A DNA stretch of 64,000 bases. It comes from Antedon mediterranea (taxonomy: Eukaryota > Animalia > Echinodermata). The stretch's first letter is position 1, and each line of letters opens with the position of its first letter. The notes under the pieces were generated by a model. That model worked only from the letters and a program-made list of their open reading frames with translations, ran no database searches and was not told the DNA's origin. Location: the NCBI RefSeq assembly GCF_964355755.1, contig NC_092671.1, positions 26,672,070 to 26,736,069 on the forward strand, given 5' to 3'. Below, piece by piece: positions 26,744-39,900 of this stretch. Both the position numbers and the translations under genes were made by a program.

Positions 26744-29700
26744 CATTAGGCGCAGGAGCCCCGGATAGCGTTACGTTTGAAAACCCCAAAAAGTGAGGTT
26801 TTCAACCATTAGCGGCATGACTGATGTGAGTGATTAATGTGTTTTACGGACGGTTTCAAGGACTATCCTACCAGTGGGCTGTTCACTGGTCAAATGATTG
26901 ACACTTTGTATCACCGTTTGTAACTGGAGCTGTGACGACCTTTGTAACTGGAGCTGTGACGACCTTGCAAGAATACTAGGCCAGAATTTTTAATTGAAAA
27001 GTGCCTTGGTATTAACAATAACATGGAGATGGAAACAAATTTCTCTATCTTTCTTTCTAAAATAAATGGTCACTATAGTTTCAAACTAGGCTTAGTCCAC
27101 CACATTAGTAATTACGAATCGAAACCTAAATTAAAATTGTTGGTATTCTTTGGCCGTTGTTTGATTAATTACATCTTCATGCCATGTTTTTTTTCTCTAA
27201 TGATTTGGCGATACGCTCCTATATTAATTAGGCCTACTAGCAGAGGGTTCGATGAGTTTTGAAAAGTTATGGAAATGTGGTCTAACATATAGCAATTCAG
27301 TTTTTTAAGGCCCTTCTTCCTTGTCCGAGCCTTTAGAAATATTAAAAAGTTATATTAATATAATATATTCTGTGTTTTCATGTTTTGAGAAATTGTATAT
27401 CATTTCAGATGTTTCGCGCTGCGCTTTTATTTGTTTCGCGCTTCGTCTTGTTCGAGCTTCCTCCGTACATACCGATAATTAATATGATTTTTCATTTCAT
27501 TTTTTGTACATTATTAAAAAATAGCATACAGAACATACCCTTCTCTGAGAAAACACTTGTGGGCGATTCCCCGAATACGACATGATGGAATAGCTTTGGA
27601 GACTTTGACTTTGGAGTAGGCCTAAATCGAAACGTCAAGCAACTCAACAGTTCTTTTCAGAACTAATATAGGCCTACGTGGTGTACCGCAAATTTATATC
27701 AACAAATATGTAACTTGTTTAGCACGTTTAAAATGGATAGCAAAACATATTTAAAAAAAAACCCCTGAATTATTTCAAACAGACAGCACATTAGTTCAAA
27801 CGGATAGCACAATAGATAGCTCAATCAAATGGATATAACTATGATATAACTGTACTGTGCATTCTATACGGATTATCGGGTAGCACATTCTTTCAAATGG
27901 ATAGCACATTATTTCAAATGGATAGCACATTAGGTAGCACAATCAAATGGATATAGTACTGTACATTATTCTATGATTATCGGGTAGCACATTCTTTCAA
28001 ATAGATAGCACATTAGGCCTATTTCAAATGGATAGCACATTCTTTCAAATGGATAGCACATTATTTCAAATGGATAGCACATTATTTCAAATGGATAGCA
28101 CATTGGGTAGCACAATCAAATAGATATAGTACTGTACATTAGTCTATAAGGATTATCGGGTAGCACATTATTTCAAATGGATAGCACATTAGGTAGCACA
28201 ATCGAATGGATATAATTGTACTGTACATTATTCTTATAGCCTACGGATTATCGGGTAGCACATTCTTTCAAATGGATAGCACATTAGGTAGCACAGTCAA
28301 ATGGATATAGTACTGTACATTATTCTATAAGGATTATCGGGTAGCACATTCTTTCAAATGGATAGCACATTAGGTAGCACAATCAAATGGATATAGTACT
28401 GTACATTATTCTATACGGATTATCGGGTAGCACATTCTTTCAAATGGATAGCACATTCTTTCAAATGGATAGCACATTGGGTAGCACAATCAAATGGATA
28501 TAGTACTGTACTGTACATTATTCTATACGGATTATCGGGTAGCACATTCTTTCAAATGGATAGCACATTCTTTCAAATGGATAGCACATTATTTCAAATG
28601 GATAGCACATTAGGTAGCACAATCAAATGGATATATGTAATTGTACTGTACATTATTCTATACGGATTATCGGGTAGCACATTCTTTCAAATGGATAGCA
28701 CATTAGGTAGCACAATCAAATGGATATAGTACTGTACATTATTCTATACGGATTATCGGGTAGCACATTCTTTCAAATGGATAGCACATTCTTTCAAATG
28801 GATAGCACATTGGGTAGCACAATCAAATGGATATAGTACTGTACTGTACATTATTCTATACGGACTATCGGGTAGCACATTCTTTCAAATGGATAGCACA
28901 TTCTTTCAAATGGATAGCACATTATTTCAAATGGATAGCACATTAGGTAGCACAATCAAATGGATATATGTAATTGTACTGTACATTATTCTATACGGAT
29001 TATCGGGTAGCACATTCTTTCAAATGGATAGCAAATTATTTCAAATGGATAGCAAATTATTTCAAATGGATAGCATGGATTTGGGTAGCACAATCAAATT
29101 GAGCACATTGGGTAACACATTGCATCAAATGGGAGCCTACTGTACAGTTATTCTATTGAATTGAAATATATATTTATAATGGGTAACCTCTTCAATCAAA
29201 GACTGGTCTCCCAGAGGGCCCAGTTGGTGATCAGTGGCTGTGATAATACACCGGGGTAACCCCCCACTCGTCTCGAAAGATGTACTAGGTTCTTTAAAGT
29301 ACATACGAGCTAGATGTGTATTCTATTATCGGGTGTAGCACATTAAAATTGAGAGGATAAGATGGACATCATAATTTATTATTAAGGGGCAAAACAGCAA
29401 ATCCTTACTGAGGGGACACTCCTATAAAGCGGACATTAAGGGGACGGGGAACACTTAAGCTCAGCCAATGTTCACTCAATATATTTTCCATCACAAAATA
29501 ACAAAAAAGACGAAATATTTATATCCATTTATCGTTATTAAATAAAAATGGATATCATGATAATTATGATACTTTGTTTGTCTTGAAAGTTTTCATTGGT
29601 GAAACGTTGCCTGCTACATTTTGAATTTCCGAGTCCAGATCAGTATTGGTATTCCGTGATATCTATTCTAACTAATGAAACAATTTTTAGAAAATGATAT

Positions 29701-30120
29701 ATCTGATAGATATCATCTAAGTGATGTTTTACATATAAGTTATAACGTTTAACTTTTCATTCTCCAGACATTCAATTCTTTTAATATAGTTCTTGTATAA
29801 CACCATATCAAGTAGTAGTAGAAATTATTGTAGGGTTTTCTTATTATTCAGTCAATTCAGTGTTTCTATACAGAAAAGAGTAGTCAGTGGCCTTAACATC
29901 AATTAATTGTATAATTTGCACCCAAGGTCGAATAGCAAGAAACTCAGGTCCAGTTACATTGGTGTTCATTGGTCAATAGGAAATGAACAGCACACTTATG
30001 GGTGGTGACAAAGTTTAGTTATTGATAAGTTGTCCTTGGGAAAAACACATTAGTTGGGTTGACCATGGGCTGACAGAGTTAACGACTTCGTAACGCTATC
30101 CGGGGCTCCTGCGCCTAATG
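26744..30120. mobile_element. Non-autonomous TIR element containing a satellite
   Basis: Perfect 32-bp inverted repeats CATTAGGCGCAGGAGCCCCGGATAGCGTTACG at 26744-26775 and 30089-30120; no clear TSD. Confidence 0.75.
27770..29130. repeat. Complex minisatellite built on a ~20-bp TTCAAATGGATAGCACATT(A/C) unit with higher-order blocks
   Basis: Read directly. Confidence 0.95.
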
Positions 30121-30689
30121 AATATTAACCACCATTTAAGCTGTTTTTTAGTTTCATTCCAAAATTGTTTATGTCTACCAAGCTACTCTTATTCAGTATC
30201 CACCCACCATTCACCATTTTACTTTTTCCTTTTGATTTAACTTTTCGCTTTTCTTTTGTATCTCCATTGAGATCCAGCCACTGATACCCACAGCATTGTC
30301 ATTTTTTCAGTAAATTGCCTTTGGATTTATATATATAACAGCGAACACCAGCGGAAAACAATAAAGTATTGTGGTGCTGTTGACGGTGTGGTGTGGTGGG
30401 TTGTTGGACTATAATAGAGGGCGGTAGATTGAATTTAGAATTTGTTTTGAAAACGCTTTTCATACAAACAAATAACATCACCATAACTAATTTTTTGCGG
30501 TGTGGAGGTACCGCGCGCCTGGAATGAATCGGGAGATGTCTTCAACAAAAGCAGAAAACACTGTTATTTAGCTTCTGTATGTAGCCCTTGTAGTTGATGA
30601 TAAACATATTAAGCTCTACCATTTGGCAATAACTAGTAGTTATTTATTGCTTAATCTAACTACATTTCTAGACCTCTTATGAATATTAG

Positions 30690-30905
30690 GTTATGCCTAG
30701 CTAGGCCTAGGCTAGGCCTAGCCCTAGTTAGGCCTCTCTAGCTAGGCCTAGTAGTAGCTCCCCTAGTAGTAGGGCCCACCCAGTATTAGCTAGGCATAGC
30801 CTAGCTAGCCTAGACCTAGCTAGAGGCCCACTAGCACTAACTAGCCTAGCTAAGGCCCTAGGCTAGGCCTAGCTCTCTAGATGCTGGCTAGGCTAGGTAG
30901 GCCTA
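30690..30905. repeat. Low-complexity CTAG/TAGGCCTA-rich tract (continues at 33340-33410)
   Basis: Dense TAGGCCTA, TAGCCTA and CTAG words, interrupted by the element at 30914-33327. Confidence 0.8.
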
Positions 30906-30913
30906 AATACGAA

Positions 30914-33327
30914 GGGATGCTAGTCAAGTCGCCCCATCGCAAAGTCGCCCCATACAAAGTCGCCCCATACACAGTCGCCCCATACACAGTCGCCCCATTG
31001 CAAAGTCGCCCCATTGCAAAGTCGCCCCATCGCAAAGTCGCCCCAACGCAAAGTCGCCCCAAAACGTTAAAAAATAGTTTAAAAGTGCGTAAAATGTCGC
31101 AATGATAAACAAAATAACACGGAACGTGTAGGCATAAAAGGGGAAGCCCCGCCATGTAGTCTCAGGTCACACGATCGGCACGCTCCCCAATCATCAGAGA
31201 GGAAGCTCCCAACTAATCACTCCGCGGTCGCACTAATGCACTTGTCAATTGTATGACTCACTATACGACCCCCGGGAGAGGTGCGTCATGGGTGCGTCAT
31301 TTACAAATAATTACTGACGCAGGGGTGCGTCAAAAAACCTAGATGGTACGTCACATCAATGAACAAGGTGCGTCAATGTCCGTCACTTTACCACCCACCA
31401 TATCATAAACAACATGGTCACAGTGCGTCAAAATGGGTGCGTCATGGTCACCTAAAGGTAAGTCAGCTTTTTGACGCACGGGTGCGTCATGGTATTCAAA
31501 AGTATGACGCACATCGGACAAATGACGCACCTCTCCCGGGGGTCGTATAGTGGGTCATACAATTGACAAGTGCATAACGTGCTAGCTCTCACCAGAGAGA
31601 AACCCCCGTAATTACTCCGCCGTTGTCGCACTACAACGCACCATCTGAAGATGGGGAAACCCCGTCGGAGTTTTACGATGATATCAGTCGCGTTCGAAAT
31701 CGGTGGCGTTTAATTTTGGTCGCGATAAAATGATGTTATACGATCTAGATTATTTTTACTTTGGTCGATGAATATTTATTATTATTAGGCCTATATTAAT
31801 AATTGATTTTTGTTTTTATTTTACACTGAGGTCTATGATGAGAGAAAGATGTGTGCCTTAAAAATGACAATTTGTAAACATAGTTTAAGATTATAGTATA
31901 AAGCCTATTATTCAGCATAATGTCATTTAACAGTACATAAATTTAAATGTGAAATATTTTATAGGGAACGTAGGCTACGTCTGTGTCTTTTATTTTTTAT
32001 ATGCAACAAATTAGGTAAAACAATTTATTTATAAACATTCAGTTTACTATTTTATACATAGTATTACAATGAACATTGATTATAAGCCTGGAAATGCAAT
32101 CCCATCATTATATCCATTATAAAATTGCATCATATCGCCACTATATGTCGTAAATGATGACGTGCATGTGTGTATTCGTCGTACGTCCGTGTACGTTTTA
32201 TTCCGTGCCTCTTCACTGTCTTGTTTATTAAAATTAAATAAACACCCGATATGAGGATATTTATTAGGCATGATAATTAGAATGTTCTATAACCAAAAGG
32301 GTTGAAAAGAATTTCTTCAGTAAAATGATCATTCTGCTGTTGAATAAAAAGCGACTCGCAATCTGAAACATTTTCTGAAACCAATCGGAGCTGCTCCTTC
32401 TGGTATCTGTTTCCTTCTCACAGCTGCTATGTCTTTCTGCTGCCCGTCGGGGATTCCCCTTTTTAAAAAACACGCACACGATAATCATACTGTACGATGG
32501 TTTTTCCATGGTCAAAATGTAGCGTTTTAATTTTACTAAAATACCTGCATGTGTAAAACGATCATATCGGCGAAGAAATCCCCTTTTTTTTATTTCTTCA
32601 TTTTGAAAAGTCATAATTAAAATTAAATAACTATAGACACATAACTTGTCAATAAATGCAAAATGATCAATAAGTAGCCTATATAACATTTATTGTCTTA
32701 CAACGCTGTTATTGTTTAAACTACTGTAAATATACGAAGGCCTACTATTTATACACTTATTATATTATCCTAAAAAATTAGCTGGTATCCACGCGTAGGT
32801 TGAAGAAAGATTCGTAATTGTGGCTCTGGTAACTAATTTTAAAATCATATTAAATTAACATTTTCGAAACTATAAATCAGGGATAATCTTTTCGAAATCT
32901 TTTTAGAACTTTCAAACAAGGGACTATTTTTTAATGATTTTTAAAAAGCACATCACTCCATTAAAACCTGTAAAATAAAAATTAAAACACAAATTATGTA
33001 TATAATAGGATAAACATTATAATGTATACGACATTTAGCGCGACCAAAGTAACAACGCAATCGATATCAAACGCAACCGCTATATGATTAAAACAGCGTA
33101 CTACTCTAGCGGCGGCACTTCCGAAATAAAACCGTGGGCGACTTTGCGATGGGGCGACTTTGCGTTGGGGCGACTTTGCGTTGGGGCGACTTTGCAATGG
33201 GGTGACTTTGTAATGGGGCGACTGTGCCGGGGCGACTTTGTTTTGGGGCGACTTTGCGATGGGGCGACTTTGTATTGGGAGACTTTGTATGGGGCGACTT
33301 TGCGATGGGGCGACTTGACTGGATCCC
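30914..33327. mobile_element. Mutator-like (MULE/foldback-type) non-autonomous transposon with tandem subterminal repeats
   Basis: TIRs GGGAT(G)C(T/C)AGTCAAGTCGCCCCATCGC; arrays of ~17-bp AAAGTCGCCCCA repeats at both ends in inverted orientation; flanking duplication ATACGAA (aatacgaag/catacgaag if 9 bp); possible transposase remnant on the minus strand at 32080-32500. Confidence 0.75.
31237..31574. mobile_element. MITE with TAA duplication (PIF/Harbinger-like), nested in the MULE-like element
   Basis: TAA|TGCACTTGTCAATTGTATGACTCACTATACGACCCCCGGGAGAGGTGCGTCAT ... inverted copy ...TGCA|TAA. Confidence 0.75.
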
Positions 33328-33986
33328 ATACGAAGATATCTAGGCTAGGCCTATAGCCTACTACGGATACCTCTAGGCTAGGCCTAGATAGAGGCTAGTC
33401 CCAGCTAGGTAGGGAAATATCTACGTTCTGGTTCCATGTTCAATTCGGCCTTCAGCCTCATGGAATATGGAACCAGACCGTAGATATTTTCCGTATTCCA
33501 TACTTCTAAAAAGCAAAGATACAATATAGAGGGTACTTCCGTTTGATAAAGGTACTGTAAAATTGCATTCCTAAAACTCGTACCTAACTATAAAATTTGT
33601 TCCTAAATATAAAACTTGTTCCTAAATATTAAAACTCATTCCTAAATATTAAAAACCTTCTAAATAATCTCTCTTAAATTAAAAACTAAAAAAAAAAAAG
33701 ACGTTAAGCAGAGTATCGAACCTCCAACCCCAGAGCATCATCACAAGCCCACTAAGCTACACAGCTGGCTTGCTATTTATAAGTCCATTGCAATAACCTA
33801 TTTGATTACCATCTATCTTACATAGCGCCCTCTATAATTACCGTACCTTTAGTTTTATATGGATACGGTACCGTATCTTTAGACAACAAAACAAATAATT
33901 GTTATAAAACTGCAGATTTTTTAAACATTCTTTATATCTTATTTTGGTAGATATAGGACTAATTGTTTTGAAAGACACGTGACAGG

Positions 33987-36900
33987 ATGGCACCCATCAA
34001 TTGGAAGCAGCTGATGGCTGTTGACTTGGAAACACTGGAAGAAGAGGAGGCAGATCAGTTATGTGAAATGCTGGAGAAAGTGAGTACTACACTTTGAAAA
34101 GATACTGGTTGGCATGGTTCAAACTCTGTTATAGTGCCTCATATGGATTTTAAAAAGTATGAGTTTCTCATCGTGTAAATGTACCTACTGTATGCTCACG
34201 CTATAGCCATTTGTAAATTAGCAAATCACGATTTGAGATGGAAACAATGGTATCCTTCGCAAAACAGGCTAAAATGAATTTAATGTAGATAGGCCTAACA
34301 TTCTTATGGTCATGTTTTATTTATACATCACATACATTTTGAACAAATAAAGAAAAAAAATAATACCAGACTTCTAATGGGCTTCTGTATTTCTCAAATC
34401 ATTGGTATGATTGTGATTATGATTTGAGTCACTCAGTTATACTAGCCTAATAGACCAGAAAATTGACACAGATATTAGGATTGATTCAAAAGAATGCCCA
34501 CTGTAGAATATTTCAGAAAAAGGGGTACATTTTACAAGAATTTAGACTCATTCTTTATAAAAAAAAAGCTACACATGAAGCTAGATGTACCATGTGCAAC
34601 CAACACATATCAACAATATGACCATTTTCCTCTTTTTTAAAGTTAGTTAAAGAATTTGCTGGAAAAAATATCTCCAAACTTTTGTGGATAAAATTGGACC
34701 TTAGTGGGAGTATGGTGTACTTGGTGTTTGATGTGTGTTAAAATTTCTTATGACAGGGGTAATATTTATTTGTCCAAAAAGTACATACAATATAATCAGG
34801 AACAGAACCAAAATATTCGGAAAGGAAAGAAGTACAGATAAACAGAAATTGTTATTTTTGGAAAGATACATTAACTACTACAGTAGATCAATTGGCTTCT
34901 ACACACACACAATGGAGGAGGATCCCAGATTTGGTTTTCTCGATTTTTCTATAAACCTTATTTATGTTTTTTTTTTAAGGCTGATTCTCCAGCAGAAGAC
35001 ACTGATGGTGCAAAGATGCTGAGGTTGTATGAAGTAACAAGAGCTGTGATGAAAATAAAGGCAGAGCAGGGTGATGCTGCCCTTGATGAGCTTGATAAAA
35101 TGGCAGAAGAACAAGGAAAAGACTCTGCCAAGAAAGGTAATGCTGGGCCACGTAAATATTTTTCCCAAAGACTTTCTCTGAAAGATACGTGAAAGACAGC
35201 CAAACTACTTCCTGAATATAACTAAACCTAACCCTCTAAATAATCTCTCTCACTCTAAAGCAGACCTCCCAACTCTCCCGAAAATTGCGGGAGTCTCCCG
35301 ATTTTTTTGGTGCTCTCCCGCGAAACCCAAATTTCCCCCGATTTTTTCATTTTTGGATAAAAATTTCCCGATTTTAAATAAGGAACCTATACAATATGGC
35401 CAAGCCAAGTAATCACATTTTTAACGTTGGATTTTGTTGAATTGACAGGGCGTTGTGAAGTTGGTTGTTTAGTTAAAAGCAAAACAAAAGCCACACACAA
35501 ATACCATTGTTCGTAAAAAGATAAATAAAACAAAGCATACTCGAATAAAACAAAGAGTACAACTTCCCTTCTTTGTTGACTAATTAAATACGCCTAGGTG
35601 GGTCGCCTAAACAACATGGCATGGTAAGTGTGGGCTGGCAGATAGAATTGCATTCAGCAAGCTTTTTGTGAATAAACGACCAATCAAATCAATCCCTTGA
35701 AAAACCACTTATTGACCACGTATAATTAAAAAAAAGATGCATTTTTTAATTACTTATCAACTGATCGCCATTCAACTAGTTAAAATAATATTACAATTTC
35801 AAATAAATAATTTACGATGTCAGCTCGGCCGGCGAAGAAAAAAATTAAGTATGCAGCAAAGTTCAAACCAGAGTTCACAGAAGATTATCCATGCATTATT
35901 TCGGTCAGAGGTGAACCTAGTTCAGCTACTAGCTGATGCACGCTGTGCAATTTGACATTTAATATAAGTCATGGCGGTAGAAATGACGTAAGTTTATTTT
36001 ATTTTTCATATGTTATGTGCTTTTTTAATGTATAATTAAATAAACTACAAAAGGCCAGAAAATGTTAGACGCAAGGCTGCAACCATTGAAGCTAGGCTAG
36101 TAGTGTTCACTCGACTAGCCTTTGTAGGCCTAGCCTAGGCCTCAACAGTGCCAGTAGGTTACTAAACGGCGTCGTTCAGTCACTCCAGGCCTAGGGATTG
36201 GTGAACCTTAGATAGGCTAGGCCTGTAGTTGGCCTGTCGATTCGGCTACTAGGCCTGGTGGTGGTCATACGTACGTCTAGGTACAAAACTGTATGTTATC
36301 TAGGCCTATCTATGTTTTTAAAAATATAATATTTAGCCTAAAAAAAAATATTTAGCCTAGATCTGTAATTAGTTATTGAAATTGATATTTTTTACAGACA
36401 AAGAAGCATGAAAAAGTTGCAAGAGCTTTGAACCAATGCCAGACTTTGTTGTTCAATATAAACAGAGATCCAATAGCAGAAAAGGTTATAAACGCGGAGG
36501 TGCTTTATACGGATTACGGTCGAAGCGGCCGCCAACTAAAGCGGCCGCTAGTTCAATAACGGTAATCTGTATGGAACGCCGTGTGCGCTTTGATTGTCGT
36601 TGTTTTGTAATCTTTGATCGTCATTGTTTCGACAGGTTTTCTTTACCTCGGACGTAAATAACAATCTACATTATTATTCAATTTATTTTCTTTTTTTTTA
36701 CAGATTGAATGTGATACGCGTACGTTCTTTTAAACGAAAGGGCGAATCGATGATTACTTATTTTAACTGTTCTAAATGATATACATATGTTTAATATTTA
36801 ATAAAGTCTATAAAATACATTGTGGTGTTATATTGTATATTAATATAATATAATAATAAGCCAATTATTAAGAATTATATATAAATAAACCAATCAATAA

Positions 36901-39900
36901 AGTATATCAAAATATATAAATACTGTATATTAATAATTAAAAATATTTGTTATTGTAGGCCTATATTAATTAATTAGTAAAGTAACTATAGTAGTGTTCG
37001 CAATCATAATTTAATTACAATAACATGATGACAGCAATTTATTTAATATCCTACACTATTTTATTACTTAAGATATTTAAATATTGATCAATTGAAACTG
37101 AGTTTTAAATACTTAAATAAGATGAAAGTGTCTGTTTGATACGGTAATTAATTACGCGAATTTCTGCTAATAACTCGACTGACGGCCAGCAATAGTGCTG
37201 CTGCACATTAGGTGCGCGTCCCATGTTGCTTTATTGAAAACACAAACAATGTATTACAATGGAATAACACTTAAATGTATAACACACCCTATTACTAATA
37301 ATAAAAACCAAGATTCGATAGTACAGTATGTAAATGAGATATTAATATTCGGCAATACCGTACGTAAATTATTATTGCAATACTGTATAAAGATTCGATA
37401 GTATGTAAACTGCAAGATATAAATATTCGGCAATACCGTACGTAAATTATTATTTAATGCAATACTGTATAAAGATTCGATTAAGTCTGTAAATGAGATA
37501 TCAAGATTCGGCAATACCGTACGTAAATTATTAATGCAATACTGTATAAAGATTCGATTAAGTCTGTAAATGAGATATCAAGATTCGGCAATACCGTACG
37601 TAAATTATTAATGCAATACTGTATAAAGATTCGATTAAGTCTGTAAATGAGATATCAAGATTCGGCAATACCGTACGTAAATTATTAATGCAATACTGTA
37701 TAAAGATTCAATAGTATGTAAACTAGATTTAAAGATTCGGCAATACCATACGTAAATTATTATTACAATACTGTATAAGGATTCAATAGTATGTAAACGA
37801 GATATAAAGATTCGGCAATACCATACGTAAATTATTATTGCAATACTGTATAAAATTCGATAGTTAAATGTAAATGAGATATAAATATTCGGCAATACCG
37901 TACGTAAATTATTATTGCAATACTGTATAAAATTCGATAGTATGTAAACTAGATATAAAGATTCGGCAATACCGTACGTAAATTATTAATGCAATACTGT
38001 ATAAAGATTCGATAGTATGTCAAATGAGACATCAAGATTCGGCAATACTGTATATAGATTCAATAGTACATATGTCAAATGAGATATCAAGATTCGGCAA
38101 TACCGTACGTAAATTATTAATGCAATACTGTATAAGGATTCAATAGTATATAAACGAGATATAAGGATTCGGCAATACCGTATACGTAAATTATTATTGC
38201 AATCTGTATAAGGATTCAATCGTATGTAAACGAGATATAAATATTCGGCAATACCGTACGTAAATTATTATTTAATGCAATACTGTATAAAGATTCGATT
38301 AAGTCTGCAAATGAGATATAAATATTCGGCAATACCGTACGTAAATTATTATTGCAATACTGTATAAAATTCGATAGTTAAATGTAAATGAGATATAAAT
38401 ATTCGGCAATACCGTACGTAAATTATTATTGCAATACTGTATAAAATTCGATAGTTAAATGTAAATGAGATATAAATATTCGGCAATACCGTACGTAAAT
38501 TATTATTGCAATACTGTATAAAATTCGATAGTTAAATGTAAATGAGATATAAATATTCGGCAATACCGTACGTAAATTAATATTATTGCAATACTGTATA
38601 AGGATTCAATAGTATTTAAATGAGATATAAATATTCGGCAATACCGTACGTAAATTATTAATGCAATACTGTATAAAATTCGATAGTATGTAAATGAGAT
38701 ATAAATATTCGGCAATACCGTACGTAAATTATTATTGCAATACTGTATAAGGATTCAATAGTATGTAAACGAGATATAAAGGTTCGGCAAAATATATTTC
38801 GATATATGTATTAGTTAATAGTAAATACAAATAAAATATACATTAATTTATCGGCAGGCAAACTTAATTATTATAGAAATATAAAGATTTGATAGTACAT
38901 GAGTTGGCTTATATTTATTTAGCTGTAACTCAACTCGCCATAGGCCATGGCGTTGACAACGACAATCAAAGATTAAAGCGCACATGGCGTTCCATACAAA
39001 TGACGATATTAAACTGGCGGCCGCTTTGGTTGGCGGCCGCTTCGACCAATTGTAGAACACAATCTTCCATTCGCCATTACGCAGCACGCAAACCACCTTT
39101 TTCCAGCTATGTTCCCGGACGCTGAGATTGCGAAAAGATATGTGCTTACTAACGCAAAGAAAGCAACCAAAAAACAACTTACAGAGCTAAATGCTCAAAG
39201 GCACTAATTGTGTTATGTTAATAATGTACATAAGATGAAAGATGAAAATATAATATTGTATTGTAGCATTTTGAAAAACAGAGACAATTTATTTTTGTAT
39301 ATCTTTGTTGTGTAACGCGCGTCGCATAACGCGTCGTAATAATATATTTTTTACTGAAAAAATCTCCCTATTTTTTGTCAATCCAAGTTGGGAGGTCTGC
39401 TAAAGTAAAAAGAAGTTGGTCATGGGATTCGAACCCCACCATGCAAAGTCCGTAGTCTAATCCATTTGACTACACAGACGGCTCGACGGAAAATGTATTA
39501 AAAAGATCATTCAGAGCACAGAGCAGATGAAACATGATGCATTCATAATATTGCTCCCTAAAATAGGACTTTCAGAGAAAGTCTTTGGGAAAAAAATTTT
39601 CGCTGCCGGGCCCTGTTGACACTTGCACACATTTTGGTCCACACTGTTGCAAATTCAATGCATGGCAATGAGTGCCATCTAATGCCATATGTTGTCATGC
39701 ATATAGTTCATGCCTTGTGTGAATACTATATCCATATTGTTATTGTACGCTAGGTCTGTATTAGCAACCTATCATTCAGAAACTCACTGTGATGTATGAA
39801 CCGTCAGTGCACAAATTATGATCACTTATGCTAGTCGTGAACTACATGTCATTTCCCGCAATAACAAGCATGACTGCGACCATGGCGAGCACATTTTGCT

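Larger units (their letters stand above)
35261..39399 (+). mobile_element. hAT-superfamily deletion derivative with 6-bp flanking duplication
   Basis: TIR CAGACCTCCCAACT / AGTTGGGAGGTCTG flanked by CTAAAG on both sides; remnant BED-like N-terminus (KYAAKFKPEFTEDYPCI...CTLC...NISHGGRNDV) at about 35830-35990. Confidence 0.75.
35145..39613. mobile_element. Small TIR element (outer layer of a nest) split by a hAT insertion
   Basis: TTTTCCCAAAGACTTTCTCTGAAAG near 35160 is inverted as CTTTCAGAGAAAGTCTTTGGGAAAA near 39569; the ends are approximate. Confidence 0.6.

Noticed and set aside
30340-30540. CEP290 promoter / RFX X-box
   Set aside because: The stretch is relatively GC-rich and has a possible donor near 30509, but I found no convincing X-box and cannot place the TSS from sequence alone.
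30877-33356. Repetitive ORFs (GATLYGAT, KSPHRKVAP) at both ends of the element
   Set aside because: Translations of the subterminal DNA repeats.
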